Below are positions 30,001 to 45,000 of a DNA stretch of 64,000 bases, in pieces. Each line of letters starts with the position of its first letter. The first letter of the stretch is position 1. The translations under genes and the position numbers were made by a program. Below the pieces are notes generated by a model. That model had not been told where the DNA came from. It saw nothing but the letters and a program-made list of their open reading frames with translations, and made no database searches. Source of the DNA: Eledone cirrhosa (lineage: Eukaryota); NCBI GenBank assembly GCA_964016885.1, contig OZ024764.1, positions 21,514,001 through 21,578,000 of the forward strand, in the 5' to 3' direction.

Positions 30001-33000
30001 AACTACTTTTATCAGTCAGTATAATCTAATGTCACTAATAACTACTTTTATCAGTCAGTTTAATCTAATGTAATTACTTTTATCAGTCAGTATAATCTAA
30101 TGTCACTAATAACTACTTTTATCAGTCAGTTTAATCTAATGTCACTAATAACTACTTTTATCAGTCAGTTTAATCTAATGTCACTAATAACTACTTTTAT
30201 CAGTCAGTTTAATCTACTGCCACTAATAACTACTTTTATCAGTCAGTTTAATCTAATGTCACTAATAACTACTTTTATCAGTCAGTTTAATCTAATGTCA
30301 CTAATAACTACTTTTATCAGTCAGTTTAATCTAATGTAATAACTACTTTTATCAGTCAGTTTTAATCTAATGTCACTAATAACTACTTTTATCAGTCAGT
30401 TTAATCTAATGTAATAACTACTTTTATCAGTCAGTATAATCTAATGTCACTAATAACTACTTTTATCAGTCAGTTTAATCTAATGTAATTACTTTTATCA
30501 GTCAGTATAATCTAATGTCACTAATAACTACTTTTATCAGTCAGTATAATCTAATGTCACTAATAACTACTTTTATCAGTCAGTTTAATCTAATGTCACT
30601 AATAACTACTTTTATCAGTCAGTTTAATCTAATGTCACTAATAACTACTTTTATCAGTCAGTTTAATCTAACGTCACTAATAACTACTTTTATCAGTCAG
30701 TTTAATCTAATGTCACTAATAACTACTTTTATCAGTCAGTTTAATCTAATGTCACTAATAACTACTTTTATCAGTCAGTTTAATCTAATGTCACTAATAA
30801 CTACTTTTATCAGTCAGTTTAATCTAATGTCACTAATAACTACTTTTATCAGTCAGTTTAATCTAATGTCACTAATAACTACTTTTATCAGTCATTTTAA
30901 TCTAATGTCACTAATAACTACGTTTATCAGTCAGTTTAATCTAATGTCACTAATAACTACTTTTATCAGTCAGTTCAATCTAATGTCACTAATAACTACT
31001 TTTATCAGTCAGTATAATCTAATGTCACTAATAACTACTTTTATCAGTCAGTTTAATCTAATGTAATAACTACTTTTATCAGTCAGTTTAATCTAATGTC
31101 ACTAATAACTACTTTTATCAGTCAGTTTAATCTAATGTCACTAATAACTACTTTTATCAGTCAGTTTAATCTAATGTCACTAATAACTACTTTTATCAGT
31201 CAGTTTAATCTAATGTCACTAATAACTACTTTTATCAGTCAGTTTAATCTAATGTCACTAATAACTACTTTTATCAGTCAGTTTAATCTAATGTCACTAA
31301 TAACTACTTTTATCAGTCAGTTTAATCTAATGTCACTAATAACTACTTTTATCAGTCAGTTTAATCTAATGTCACTAATAACTACTTTTATCAGTCAGTA
31401 TAATCTAATGTCACTAATAACTACTTTTATCAGTCAGTTTAATCTAATGTAATAACTACTTTTATCAGTCAGTTTAATCTAATGTCACTAATAACTACTT
31501 TTATCAGTCAGTTTAATCTAATGTCACTAATAACTACTTTTATCAGTCAGTTTAATCTAATGTCACTAATAACTACTTTTATCAGTCAGTTTAATCTAAT
31601 GTAATAACTACTTTTATCAGTCAGTTTAATCTAATGTCACTAATAACTACTTTTATCAGTCAGTATAATCTAATGTCACTAATAACTACTTTTATCAGTC
31701 AGTATAATCTAATGTCACTAATAACTACTTTTATCAGTCAGTATAATCTAATGTCACTAATAACTACTTTTATCAGTCATTATAATCTAATGTCACTAAT
31801 AACTACTTTTATCAGTCAGTTTAATCTAATGTCACTAATAACTACTTTTATCAGTCAGTTTAATCTAATGTAATAACTACTTTTATCAGTCAGTATAATC
31901 TAATGTCACTAATAACTACTTTTATCAGTCAGTATAATCTAATGTCACTAATAACTACTTTTATCAGTCAGTTTAATCTAATGTCACTAATAACTACTTT
32001 TATCAGTCAGTTTAATCTACTGCCACTAATAACTACTTTTATCAGTCAGTTTAATCTAATGTCACTAATAACTACTTTTATCAGTCAGTTTAATCTAATG
32101 TCACTAATAACTACTTTTATCAGTCAGTTTAATCTACTGCCACTAATAACTACTTTTATCAGTCAGTTTAATCTAATGTCACTAATAACTAGTTTTATCA
32201 GTCAGTTTAATCTAATGTCACTAATAACTACTTTTATCAGTCAGTTTAATCTAATGTAATAACTACTTTTATCAGTCAGTATAATCTAATGTCACTAATA
32301 ACTACTTTTATCAGTCAGTTTAATCTAATGTAATTACTTTTATCAGTCAGTATAATCTAATGTCACTAATAACTACTTTTATCAGTCAGTTTAATCTAAT
32401 GTCACTAATAACTACTTTTATCAGTCAGTTTAATCTAATGTCACTAATAACTACTTTTATCAGTCAGTTTAATCTACTGCCACTAATAACTACTTTTATC
32501 AGTCAGTTTAATCTAATGTCACTAATAACTACTTTTATCAGTCAGTTTAATCTAATGTCACTAATAACTACTTTTATCAGTCATTTTAATCTAATGTCAC
32601 TAATAACTACGTTTATCAGTCAGTTTAATCTAATGTCACTAATAACTACTTTTATCAGTCAGTTCAATCTAATGTCACTAATAACTACTTTTATCAGTCA
32701 GTATAATCTAATGTCACTAATAACTACTTTTATCACTCAGTATAATCTAATGTCACTAATAACTACTTTTATCAGTCAGTTTAATCTAATGTCACTAATA
32801 ACTACTTTTATCAGTCAGTTTAATCTAATGTCACTAATAACTACTTTTATCAGTCAGTTCAATCTAATGTCACTAATAACTACTTTTATCAGTCAGTATA
32901 ATCTAATGTCACTAATAACTACTTTTATCAGTCAGTTTAATCTAATGTAATAACTACTTTTATCAGTCAGTTTAATCTAATGTCACTAATAACTACTTTT

Positions 33001-36000
33001 ATCAGTCAGTTTAATCTAATGTCACTAATAACTACTTTTATCAGTCAGTTTAATCTAATGTAACAACTACTTTTATCAGTCAGTTTAATCTAATGTCACT
33101 AATAACTACTTTTATCAGTCAGTATAATCTAATGTCACTAATAACTACTTTTATCAGTCAGTATAATCTAATGTCACTAATAACTACTTTTATCAGTCAG
33201 TTTAATCTAATGTAATAACTACTTTTATCAGTCAGTATAATCTAATGTCACTAATAACTACTTTTATCAGTCAGTTTAATCTAATGTCACTAATAACTAC
33301 TTTTATCAGTCAGTATAATCTAATGTCACTAATAACTACTTTTATCAGTCAGTTTAATCTAATGTAATAACTACTTTTATCAGTCAGTATAATCTAATGT
33401 CACTAATAACTACTTTTATCAGTCAGTTTAATCTAATGTCACTAATAACTACTTTTATCAGTCAGTTTAATCTAATGTCACTAATAACTACTTTTATCAG
33501 TCAGTATAATCTAATGTCACTAATAACTACTTTTATCAGTCAGTATAATCTAATGTCACTAATAACTACTTTTATCAGTCAGTTTAATCTAATGTAATAA
33601 CTACTTTTATCAGTCAGTATAATCTAATGTCACTAATAACTACTTTTAGCAGTCAGTATAATCTAATGTCATTAATAACTACTTTTATCAGTCAGTATAA
33701 TCTAATGTCACTAATAACTACTTTTATCAGTCAGTATAATCTAATGTCACTAATAACTACTTTTATCAGTCAGTTTAATCTAATGTCACTAATAACTACT
33801 TTTATCAGTCAGTTTAATCTAATGTAATAACTACTTTTATCAGTCAGTATAATCTAATGTCACTAATAACTACTTTTATCAGTCAGTATAATCTAATGTC
33901 ACTAATAACTACTTTTATCAGTCAGTTTAATCTAATATCACTAATAACTACTTTTATCAGTCAGTTTAATCTACTGCCACTAATAACTACTTTTATCAGT
34001 CAGTTTAATCTAATGTCACTAATAACTACTTTTATCAGTCAGTTTAATCTAATGTCACTAATAACTACTTTTATCAGTCATTTTAATCTAATGTCACTAA
34101 TAACTACGTTTATCAGTCAGTTTAATCTAATGTCACTAATAACTACTTTTATCAGTCAGTTCAATCTAATGTCACTAATAACTACTTTTATCAGTCAGTA
34201 TAATCTAATGTCACTAATAACTACTTTTATCACTCAGTATAATCTAATGTCACTAATAACTACTTTTATCAGTCAGTTTAATCTAATGTCACTAATAACT
34301 ACTTTTATCAGTCAGTTTAATCTAATGTCACTAATAACTACTTTTATCAGTCAGTTCAATCTAATGTCACTAATAACTACTTTTATCAGTCAGTATAATC
34401 TAATGTCACTAATAACTACTTTTATCAGTCAGTTTAATCTAATGTAATAACTACTTTTATCAGTCAGTTTAATCTAATGTCACTAATAACTACTTTTATC
34501 AGTCAGTTTAATCTAATGTCACTAATAACTACTTTTATCAGTCAGTTTAATCTAATGTAACAACTACTTTTATCAGTCAGTTTAATCTAATGTCACTAAT
34601 AACTACTTTTATCAGTCAGTATAATCTAATGTCACTAATAACTACTTTTATCAGTCAGTATAATCTAATGTCACTAATAACTACTTTTATCAGTCAGTTT
34701 AATCTAATGTAATAACTACTTTTATCAGTCAGTATAATCTAATGTCACTAATAACTACTTTTATCAGTCAGTTTAATCTAATGTCACTAATAACTACTTT
34801 TATCAGTCAGTATAATCTAATGTCACTAATAACTACTTTTATCAGTCAGTTTAATCTAATGTAATAACTACTTTTATCAGTCAGTATAATCTAATGTCAC
34901 TAATAACTACTTTTATCAGTCAGTTTAATCTAATGTCACTAATAACTACTTTTATCAGTCAGTTTAATCTAATGTCACTAATAACTACTTTTATCAGTCA
35001 GTATAATCTAATGTCACTAATAACTACTTTTATCAGTCAGTATAATCTAATGTCACTAATAACTACTTTTATCAGTCAGTTTAATCTAATGTAATAACTA
35101 CTTTTATCAGTCAGTATAATCTAATGTCACTAATAACTACTTTTAGCAGTCAGTATAATCTAATGTCATTAATAACTACTTTTATCAGTCAGTATAATCT
35201 AATGTCACTAATAACTACTTTTATCAGTCAGTATAATCTAATGTCACTAATAACTACTTTTATCAGTCAGTTTAATCTAATGTCACTAATAACTACTTTT
35301 ATCAGTCAGTTTAATCTAATGTAATAACTACTTTTATCAGTCAGTATAATCTAATGTCACTAATAACTACTTTTATCAGTCAGTATAATCTAATGTCACT
35401 AATAACTACTTTTATCAGTCAGTTTAATCTAATGTCACTAATAACTACTTTTATCAGTCAGTTTAATCTACTGCCACTAATAACTACTTTTATCAGTCAG
35501 TTTAATCTAATGTCACTAATAACTACTTTTATCAGTCAGTTTAATCTAATGTCACTAATAACTACTTTTATCAGTCAGTTTAATCTAATGTCACTAATAA
35601 CTACTTTTATCAGTCAGTTTAATCTACTGCCACTAATAACTACTTTTATCAGTCAGTTTAATCTAATGTCACTAATAACTACTTTTATCAGTCAGTTTAA
35701 TCTAATGTAATAACTACTTTTATCAGTCAGTATAATCTAATGTCACTAATAACTACTTTTATCAGTCAGTTTAATCTAATGTAATTACTTTTATCAGTCA
35801 GTATAATCTAATGTCACTAATAACTACTTTTATCAGTCAGTATAATCTAATGTCACTAATAACTACTTTTATCAGTCAGTTTAATCTAATGTCACTAATA
35901 ACTACTTTTATCAGTCAGTTTAATCTAATGTCACTAATAACTACTTTTATCAGTCAGTTTAATCTAATGTCACTAATAACTACTTTTATCAGTCAGTTTA

Positions 36001-39000
36001 ATCTAATGTCACTAATAACTACTTTTATCAGTCATTTTAATCTAATGTCACTAATAACTACGTTTATCAGTCAGTTTAATCTAATGTCACTAATAACTAC
36101 TTTTATCAGTCAGTTTAATCTAATGTCACTAATAACTACTTTTATCAGTCAGTTTAATCTAATGTCACTAATAACTACTTTTATCAGTCAGTTTAATCTA
36201 ATGTCACTAATAACTACTTTTATCAGTCAGTTTAATCTAATGTCACTAATAACTACTTTTATCAGTCAGTTTAATCTAATGTCACTAATAACTACTTTTA
36301 TCAGTCATTTTAATCTAATGTCACTAATAACTACGTTTATCAGTCAGTTTAATCTAATGTAATAACTACTTTTATCAGTCAGTTCAATCTAATGTCACTA
36401 ATAACTACTTTTATCAGTCAGTATAATCTAATGTCACTAATAACTACTTTTATCAGTCAGTTTAATCTAATGTAATAACTACTTTTATCAGTCAGTTTAA
36501 TCTAATGTCATTAATAACTACTTTTATCAGTCAGTTTAATCTAATGTCACTAATAACTACTTTTATCAGTCAGTTTAATCTAATGTCACTAATAACTACT
36601 TTTATCAGTCAGTTTAATCTAACGTCACTAATAACTACTTTTATCAGTCAGTTTAATCTAATGTCACTAATAACTACTTTTATCAGTCAGTTTGATCTAA
36701 TGTCACTAATAACTACTTTTATCAGTCAGTTCAATCTAATGTCACTAATAACTACTTTTATCAGTCAGTTTAATCTAATGTAATAACTACTTTTATCAGT
36801 CAGTTTAATCTAATGTCACTAATAACTACTTTTATCAGTCAGTTTAATCTAATGTCACTAATAACTACTTTTATCAGTCAGTTTAATCTAATGTCACTAA
36901 TAACTACTTTTATCAGTCAGTTTAATCTAATGTAATAACTACTTTTATCAGTCAGTTTAATCTAATGTCACTAATAACTACTTTTATCAGTCAGTATAAT
37001 CTAATGTCACTAATAACTACTTTTATCAGTCAGTATAATCTAATGTCACTAATAACTACTTTTATCAGTCAGTATAATCTAATGTCACTAATAACTACTT
37101 TTATCAGTCAGTATAATCTAATGTCACTAATAACTACTTTTATCAGTCAGTTTAATCTAATGTCACTAATAACTACTTTTATCAGTCAGTTTAATCTAAT
37201 GTAATAACTACTTTTATCAGTCAGTATAATCTAATGTCACTAATAACTACTTTTATCAGTCAGTATAATCTAATGTCACTAATAACTACTTTTATCAGTC
37301 AGTTTAATCTAATGTCACTAATAACTACTTTTATCAGTCAGTTTAATCTACTGCCACTAATAACTACTTTTATCAGTCAGTTTAATCTAATGTCACTAAT
37401 AACTACTTTTATCAGTCAGTTTAATCTAATGTCACTAATAACTACTTTTATCAGTCAGTTTAATCTACTGCCACTAATAACTACTTTTATCAGTCAGTTT
37501 AATCTAATGTCACTAATAACTAGTTTTATCAGTCAGTTTAATCTAATGTCACTAATAACTACTTTTATCAGTCAGTTTAATCTAATGTAATAACTACTTT
37601 TATCAGTCAGTATAATCTAATGTCACTAATAACTACTTTTATCAGTCAGTTTAATCTAATGTCACTAATAACTACTTTTATCAGTCAGTTTAATCTAATG
37701 TCACTAATAACTACTTTTATCAGTCAGTTTAATCTAATGTCACTAATAACTACTTTTATCAGTCAGTTTAATCTAATGTCACTAATAACTACTTTTATCA
37801 GTCATTTTAATCTAATGTCACTAATAACTACGTTTATCAGTCAGTTTAATCTAATGTCACTAATAACTACTTTTATCAGTCAGTTCAATCTAATGTCACT
37901 AATAACTACTTTTATCAGTCAGTTCAATCTAATGTCACTAATAACTACTTTTATCAGTCAGTATAATCTAATGTCACTAATAACTACTTTTATCAGTCAG
38001 TATAATCTAATGTCACTAATAACTACTTTTATCAGTCAGTTTAATCTAATGTAATAACTACTTTTATCAGTCAGTTTAATCTAATGTCACTAATAACTAC
38101 TTTTATCAGTCAGTTTAATCTAATGTCACTAATAACTACTTTTATCAGTCAGTTTAATCTAATGTCACTAATAACTACTTTTATCAGTCAGTTTAATCTA
38201 ATGTCACTAATAACTACTTTTATCAGTCAGTTTAATCTAATGTCACTAATAACTACTTTTATCAGTTAGTTTAATCTAATGTAACAACTACTTTTATCAG
38301 TCAGTTTAATCTAATGTCACTAATAACTACTTTTATCAGTCAGTATAATCTAATGTCACTAATAACTACTTTTATCAGTCAGTTTAATCTAATGTAATAA
38401 CTACTTTTATCAGTCAGTATAATCTAATGTCACTAATAACTACTTTTATCAGTCAGTATAATCTAATGTCACTAATAACTACTTTTATCAGTCAGTATAA
38501 TCTAATGTCACTAATAACTACTTTTATCAGTCAGTATAATCTAATGTCACTAATAACTACTTTTATCAGTCAGTTTAATCTAATGTCACTAATAACTACT
38601 TTTATCAGTCAGTTTAATCTACTGCCACTAATAACTACTTTTATCAGTCAGTTTAATCTAATGTCACTAATAACTACTTTTATCAGTCAGTTTAATCTAA
38701 TGTCACTAATAACTACTTTTATCAGTCAGTATAATCTAATGTCACTAATAACTACTTTTATCAGTCAGTATAATCTAATGTCACTAATAACTACTTTTAT
38801 CAGTCAGTTTAATCTAATGTGATAACTACTTTTATCAGTCAGTATAATCTAATGTCACTAATAACTACTTTTAGCAGTCAGTATAATCTAATGTCATTAA
38901 TAACTACTTTTATCAGTCAGTATAATCTAATGTCACTAATAACTACTTTTATCAGTCAGTATAATCTAATGTCACTAATAACTACTTTTATCAGTCAGTT

Positions 39001-42000
39001 TAATCTAATGTCACTAATAACTACTTTTATCAGTCAGTTTAATCTAATGTCACTAATAACTACTTTTATCAGTCAGTTCAATCTAATGTCACTAATAACT
39101 ACTTTTATCAGTCAGTATAATCTAATGTCACTAATAACTACTTTTATCAGTCAGTTTAATCTAATGTAATAACTACTTTTATCAGTCAGTTTAATCTAAT
39201 GTCACTAATAACTACTTTTATCAGTCAGTTTAATCTAATGTCACTAATAACTACTTTTATCAGTCAGTTTAATCTAATGTAACAACTACTTTTATCAGTC
39301 AGTTTAATCTAATGTCACTAATAACTACTTTTATCAGTCAGTATAATCTAATGTCACTAATAACTACTTTTATCAGTCAGTATAATCTAATGTCACTAAT
39401 AACTACTTTTATCAGTCAGTTTAATCTAATGTAATAACTACTTTTATCAGTCAGTATAATCTAATGTCACTAATAACTACTTTTATCAGTCAGTTTAATC
39501 TAATGTCACTAATAACTACTTTTATCAGTCAGTATAATCTAATGTCACTAATAACTACTTTTATCAGTCAGTTTAATCTAATGTAATAACTACTTTTATC
39601 AGTCAGTATAATCTAATGTCACTAATAACTACTTTTATCAGTCAGTTTAATCTAATGTCACTAATAACTACTTTTATCAGTCAGTTTAATCTAATGTCAC
39701 TAATAACTACTTTTATCAGTCAGTATAATCTAATGTCACTAATAACTACTTTTATCAGTCAGTATAATCTAATGTCACTAATAACTACTTTTATCAGTCA
39801 GTTTAATCTAATGTAATAACTACTTTTATCAGTCAGTATAATCTAATGTCACTAATAACTACTTTTAGCAGTCAGTATAATCTAATGTCATTAATAACTA
39901 CTTTTATCAGTCAGTATAATCTAATGTCACTAATAACTACTTTTATCAGTCAGTATAATCTAATGTCACTAATAACTACTTTTATCAGTCAGTTTAATCT
40001 AATGTCACTAATAACTACTTTTATCAGTCAGTTTAATCTAATGTAATAACTACTTTTATCAGTCAGTATAATCTAATGTCACTAATAACTACTTTTATCA
40101 GTCAGTATAATCTAATGTCACTAATAACTACTTTTATCAGTCAGTTTAATCTAATGTCACTAATAACTACTTTTATCAGTCAGTTTAATCTACTGCCACT
40201 AATAACTACTTTTATCAGTCAGTTTAATCTAATGTCACTAATAACTACTTTTATCAGTCAGTTTAATCTAATGTCACTAATAACTACTTTTATCAGTCAG
40301 TTTAATCTAATGTCACTAATAACTACTTTTATCAGTCAGTTTAATCTACTGCCACTAATAACTACTTTTATCAGTCAGTTTAATCTAATGTCACTAATAA
40401 CTACTTTTATCAGTCAGTTTAATCTAATGTAATAACTACTTTTATCAGTCAGTATAATCTAATGTCACTAATAACTACTTTTATCAGTCAGTTTAATCTA
40501 ATGTAATTACTTTTATCAGTCAGTATAATCTAATGTCACTAATAACTACTTTTATCAGTCAGTATAATCTAATGTCACTAATAACTACTTTTATCAGTCA
40601 GTTTAATCTAATGTCACTAATAACTACTTTTATCAGTCAGTTTAATCTAATGTCACTAATAACTACTTTTATCAGTCAGTTTAATCTAATGTCACTAATA
40701 ACTACTTTTATCAGTCAGTTTAATCTAATGTCACTAATAACTACTTTTATCAGTCATTTTAATCTAATGTCACTAATAACTACGTTTATCAGTCAGTTTA
40801 ATCTAATGTCACTAATAACTACTTTTATCAGTCAGTTTAATCTAATGTCACTAATAACTACTTTTATCAGTCAGTTTAATCTAATGTCACTAATAACTAC
40901 TTTTATCAGTCAGTTTAATCTAATGTCACTAATAACTACTTTTATCAGTCAGTTTAATCTAATGTCACTAATAACTACTTTTATCAGTCAGTTTAATCTA
41001 ATGTCACTAATAACTACTTTTATCAGTCATTTTAATCTAATGTCACTAATAACTACGTTTATCAGTCAGTTTAATCTAATGTAATAACTACTTTTATCAG
41101 TCAGTTCAATCTAATGTCACTAATAACTACTTTTATCAGTCAGTATAATCTAATGTCACTAATAACTACTTTTATCAGTCAGTTTAATCTAATGTAATAA
41201 CTACTTTTATCAGTCAGTTTAATCTAATGTCATTAATAACTACTTTTATCAGTCAGTTTAATCTAATGTCACTAATAACTACTTTTATCAGTCAGTTTAA
41301 TCTAATGTCACTAATAACTACTTTTATCAGTCAGTTTAATCTAACGTCACTAATAACTACTTTTATCAGTCAGTTTAATCTAATGTCACTAATAACTACT
41401 TTTATCAGTCAGTTTGATCTAATGTCACTAATAACTACTTTTATCAGTCAGTTCAATCTAATGTCACTAATAACTACTTTTATCAGTCAGTTTAATCTAA
41501 TGTAATAACTACTTTTATCAGTCAGTTTAATCTAATGTCACTAATAACTACTTTTATCAGTCAGTTTAATCTAATGTCACTAATAACTACTTTTATCAGT
41601 CAGTTTAATCTAATGTCACTAATAACTACTTTTATCAGTCAGTTTAATCTAATGTAATAACTACTTTTATCAGTCAGTTTAATCTAATGTCACTAATAAC
41701 TACTTTTATCAGTCAGTATAATCTAATGTCACTAATAACTACTTTTATCAGTCAGTATAATCTAATGTCACTAATAACTACTTTTATCAGTCAGTATAAT
41801 CTAATGTCACTAATAACTACTTTTATCAGTCAGTATAATCTAATGTCACTAATAACTACTTTTATCAGTCAGTTTAATCTAATGTCACTAATAACTACTT
41901 TTATCAGTCAGTTTAATCTAATGTAATAACTACTTTTATCAGTCAGTATAATCTAATGTCACTAATAACTACTTTTATCAGTCAGTATAATCTAATGTCA

Positions 42001-45000
42001 CTAATAACTACTTTTATCAGTCAGTTTAATCTAATGTCACTAATAACTACTTTTATCAGTCAGTTTAATCTACTGCCACTAATAACTACTTTTATCAGTC
42101 AGTTTAATCTAATGTCACTAATAACTACTTTTATCAGTCAGTTTAATCTAATGTCACTAATAACTACTTTTATCAGTCAGTTTAATCTACTGCCACTAAT
42201 AACTACTTTTATCAGTCAGTTTAATCTAATGTCACTAATAACTAGTTTTATCAGTCAGTTTAATCTAATGTCACTAATAACTACTTTTATCAGTCAGTTT
42301 AATCTAATGTAATAACTACTTTTATCAGTCAGTATAATCTAATGTCACTAATAACTACTTTTATCAGTCAGTTTAATCTAATGTCACTAATAACTACTTT
42401 TATCAGTCAGTTTAATCTAATGTCACTAATAACTACTTTTATCAGTCAGTTTAATCTAATGTCACTAATAACTACTTTTATCAGTCAGTTTAATCTAATG
42501 TCACTAATAACTACTTTTATCAGTCATTTTAATCTAATGTCACTAATAACTACGTTTATCAGTCAGTTTAATCTAATGTCACTAATAACTACTTTTATCA
42601 GTCAGTTCAATCTAATGTCACTAATAACTACTTTTATCAGTCAGTTCAATCTAATGTCACTAATAACTACTTTTATCAGTCAGTATAATCTAATGTCACT
42701 AATAACTACTTTTATCAGTCAGTATAATCTAATGTCACTAATAACTACTTTTATCAGTCAGTTTAATCTAATGTAATAACTACTTTTATCAGTCAGTTTA
42801 ATCTAATGTCACTAATAACTACTTTTATCAGTCAGTTTAATCTAATGTCACTAATAACTACTTTTATCAGTCAGTTTAATCTAATGTCACTAATAACTAC
42901 TTTTATCAGTCAGTTTAATCTAATGTCACTAATAACTACTTTTATCAGTCAGTTTAATCTAATGTCACTAATAACTACTTTTATCAGTTAGTTTAATCTA
43001 ATGTAACAACTACTTTTATCAGTCAGTTTAATCTAATGTCACTAATAACTACTTTTATCAGTCAGTATAATCTAATGTCACTAATAACTACTTTTATCAG
43101 TCAGTTTAATCTAATGTAATAACTACTTTTATCAGTCAGTATAATCTAATGTCACTAATAACTACTTTTATCAGTCAGTATAATCTAATGTCACTAATAA
43201 CTACTTTTATCAGTCAGTATAATCTAATGTCACTAATAACTACTTTTATCAGTCAGTATAATCTAATGTCACTAATAACTACTTTTATCAGTCAGTTTAA
43301 TCTAATGTCACTAATAACTACTTTTATCAGTCAGTTTAATCTACTGCCACTAATAACTACTTTTATCAGTCAGTTTAATCTAATGTCACTAATAACTACT
43401 TTTATCAGTCAGTTTAATCTAATGTCACTAATAACTACTTTTATCAGTCAGTATAATCTAATGTCACTAATAACTACTTTTATCAGTCAGTATAATCTAA
43501 TGTCACTAATAACTACTTTTATCAGTCAGTTTAATCTAATGTGATAACTACTTTTATCAGTCAGTATAATCTAATGTCACTAATAACTACTTTTAGCAGT
43601 CAGTATAATCTAATGTCATTAATAACTACTTTTATCAGTCAGTATAATCTAATGTCACTAATAACTACTTTTATCAGTCAGTATAATCTAATGTCACTAA
43701 TAACTACTTTTATCAGTCAGTTTAATCTAATGTCACTAATAACTACTTTTATCAGTCAGTTTAATCTAATGTCACTAATAACTACTTTTATCAGTCAGTT
43801 TAATCTAATGTAATAACTACTTTTATCAGTCAGTATAATCTAATGTCACTAATAACTACTTTTATCAGTCAGTATAATCTAATGTCACTAATAACTACTT
43901 TTATCAGTCAGTTTAATCTAATGTCACTAATAACTACTTTTATCAGTCAGTTTAATCTACTGCCACTAATAACTACTTTTATCAGTCAGTTTAATCTAAT
44001 GTCACTAATAACTACTTTTATCAGTCAGTTTAATCTAATGTCACTAATAACTACTTTTATCAGTCAGTTTAATCTAATGTCACTAATAACTACGTTTATC
44101 AGTCAGTTTAATCTAATGTCACTAATAACTACTTTTATCAGTCAGTTTAATCTAATGTCACTAATAACTACTTTTATCAGTCAGTTCAATCTAATGTCAC
44201 TAATAACTACTTTTATCAGTCAGTATAATCTAATGTCACTAATAACTACTTTTATCAGTCAGTTTAATCTAATGTAATAACTACTTTTATCAGTCAGTTT
44301 AATCTAATGTCATTAATAACTACTTTTATCAGTCAGTTTAATCTAATGTCACTAATAACTACTTTTATCAGTCAGTTTAATCTAATGTCACTAATAACTA
44401 CTTTTATCAGTCAGTTTAATCTAACGTCACTAATAACTACTTTTATCAGTCAGTTTAATCTAATGTCACTAATAACTACTTTTATCAGTCAGTTTAATCT
44501 AATGTCACTAATAACTACTTTTATCAGTCAGTTCAATCTAATGTCACTAATAACTACTTTTATCAGTCAGTATAATCTAATGTCACTAATAACTACTTTT
44601 ATCAGTCAGTTTAATCTAATGTAATAACTACTTTTATCAGTCAGTTTAATCTAATGTCACTAATAACTACTTTTATCAGTCAGTTTAATCTAATGTCACT
44701 AATAACTACTTTTATCAGTCAGTTTAATCTAATGTAATAACTACTTTTATCAGTCAGTATAATCTAATGTCACTAATAACTACTTTTATCAGTCAGTATA
44801 ATCTAATGTCACTAATAACTACTTTTATCAGTCAGTTTAATCTACTGCCACTAATAACTACTTTTATCAGTCAGTTTAATCTAATGTCACTAATAACTAC
44901 TTTTATCAGTCAGTTTAATCTAATGTCACTAATAACTACTTTTATCAGTCAGTTTAATCTACTGCCACTAATAACTACTTTTATCAGTCAGTTTAATCTA

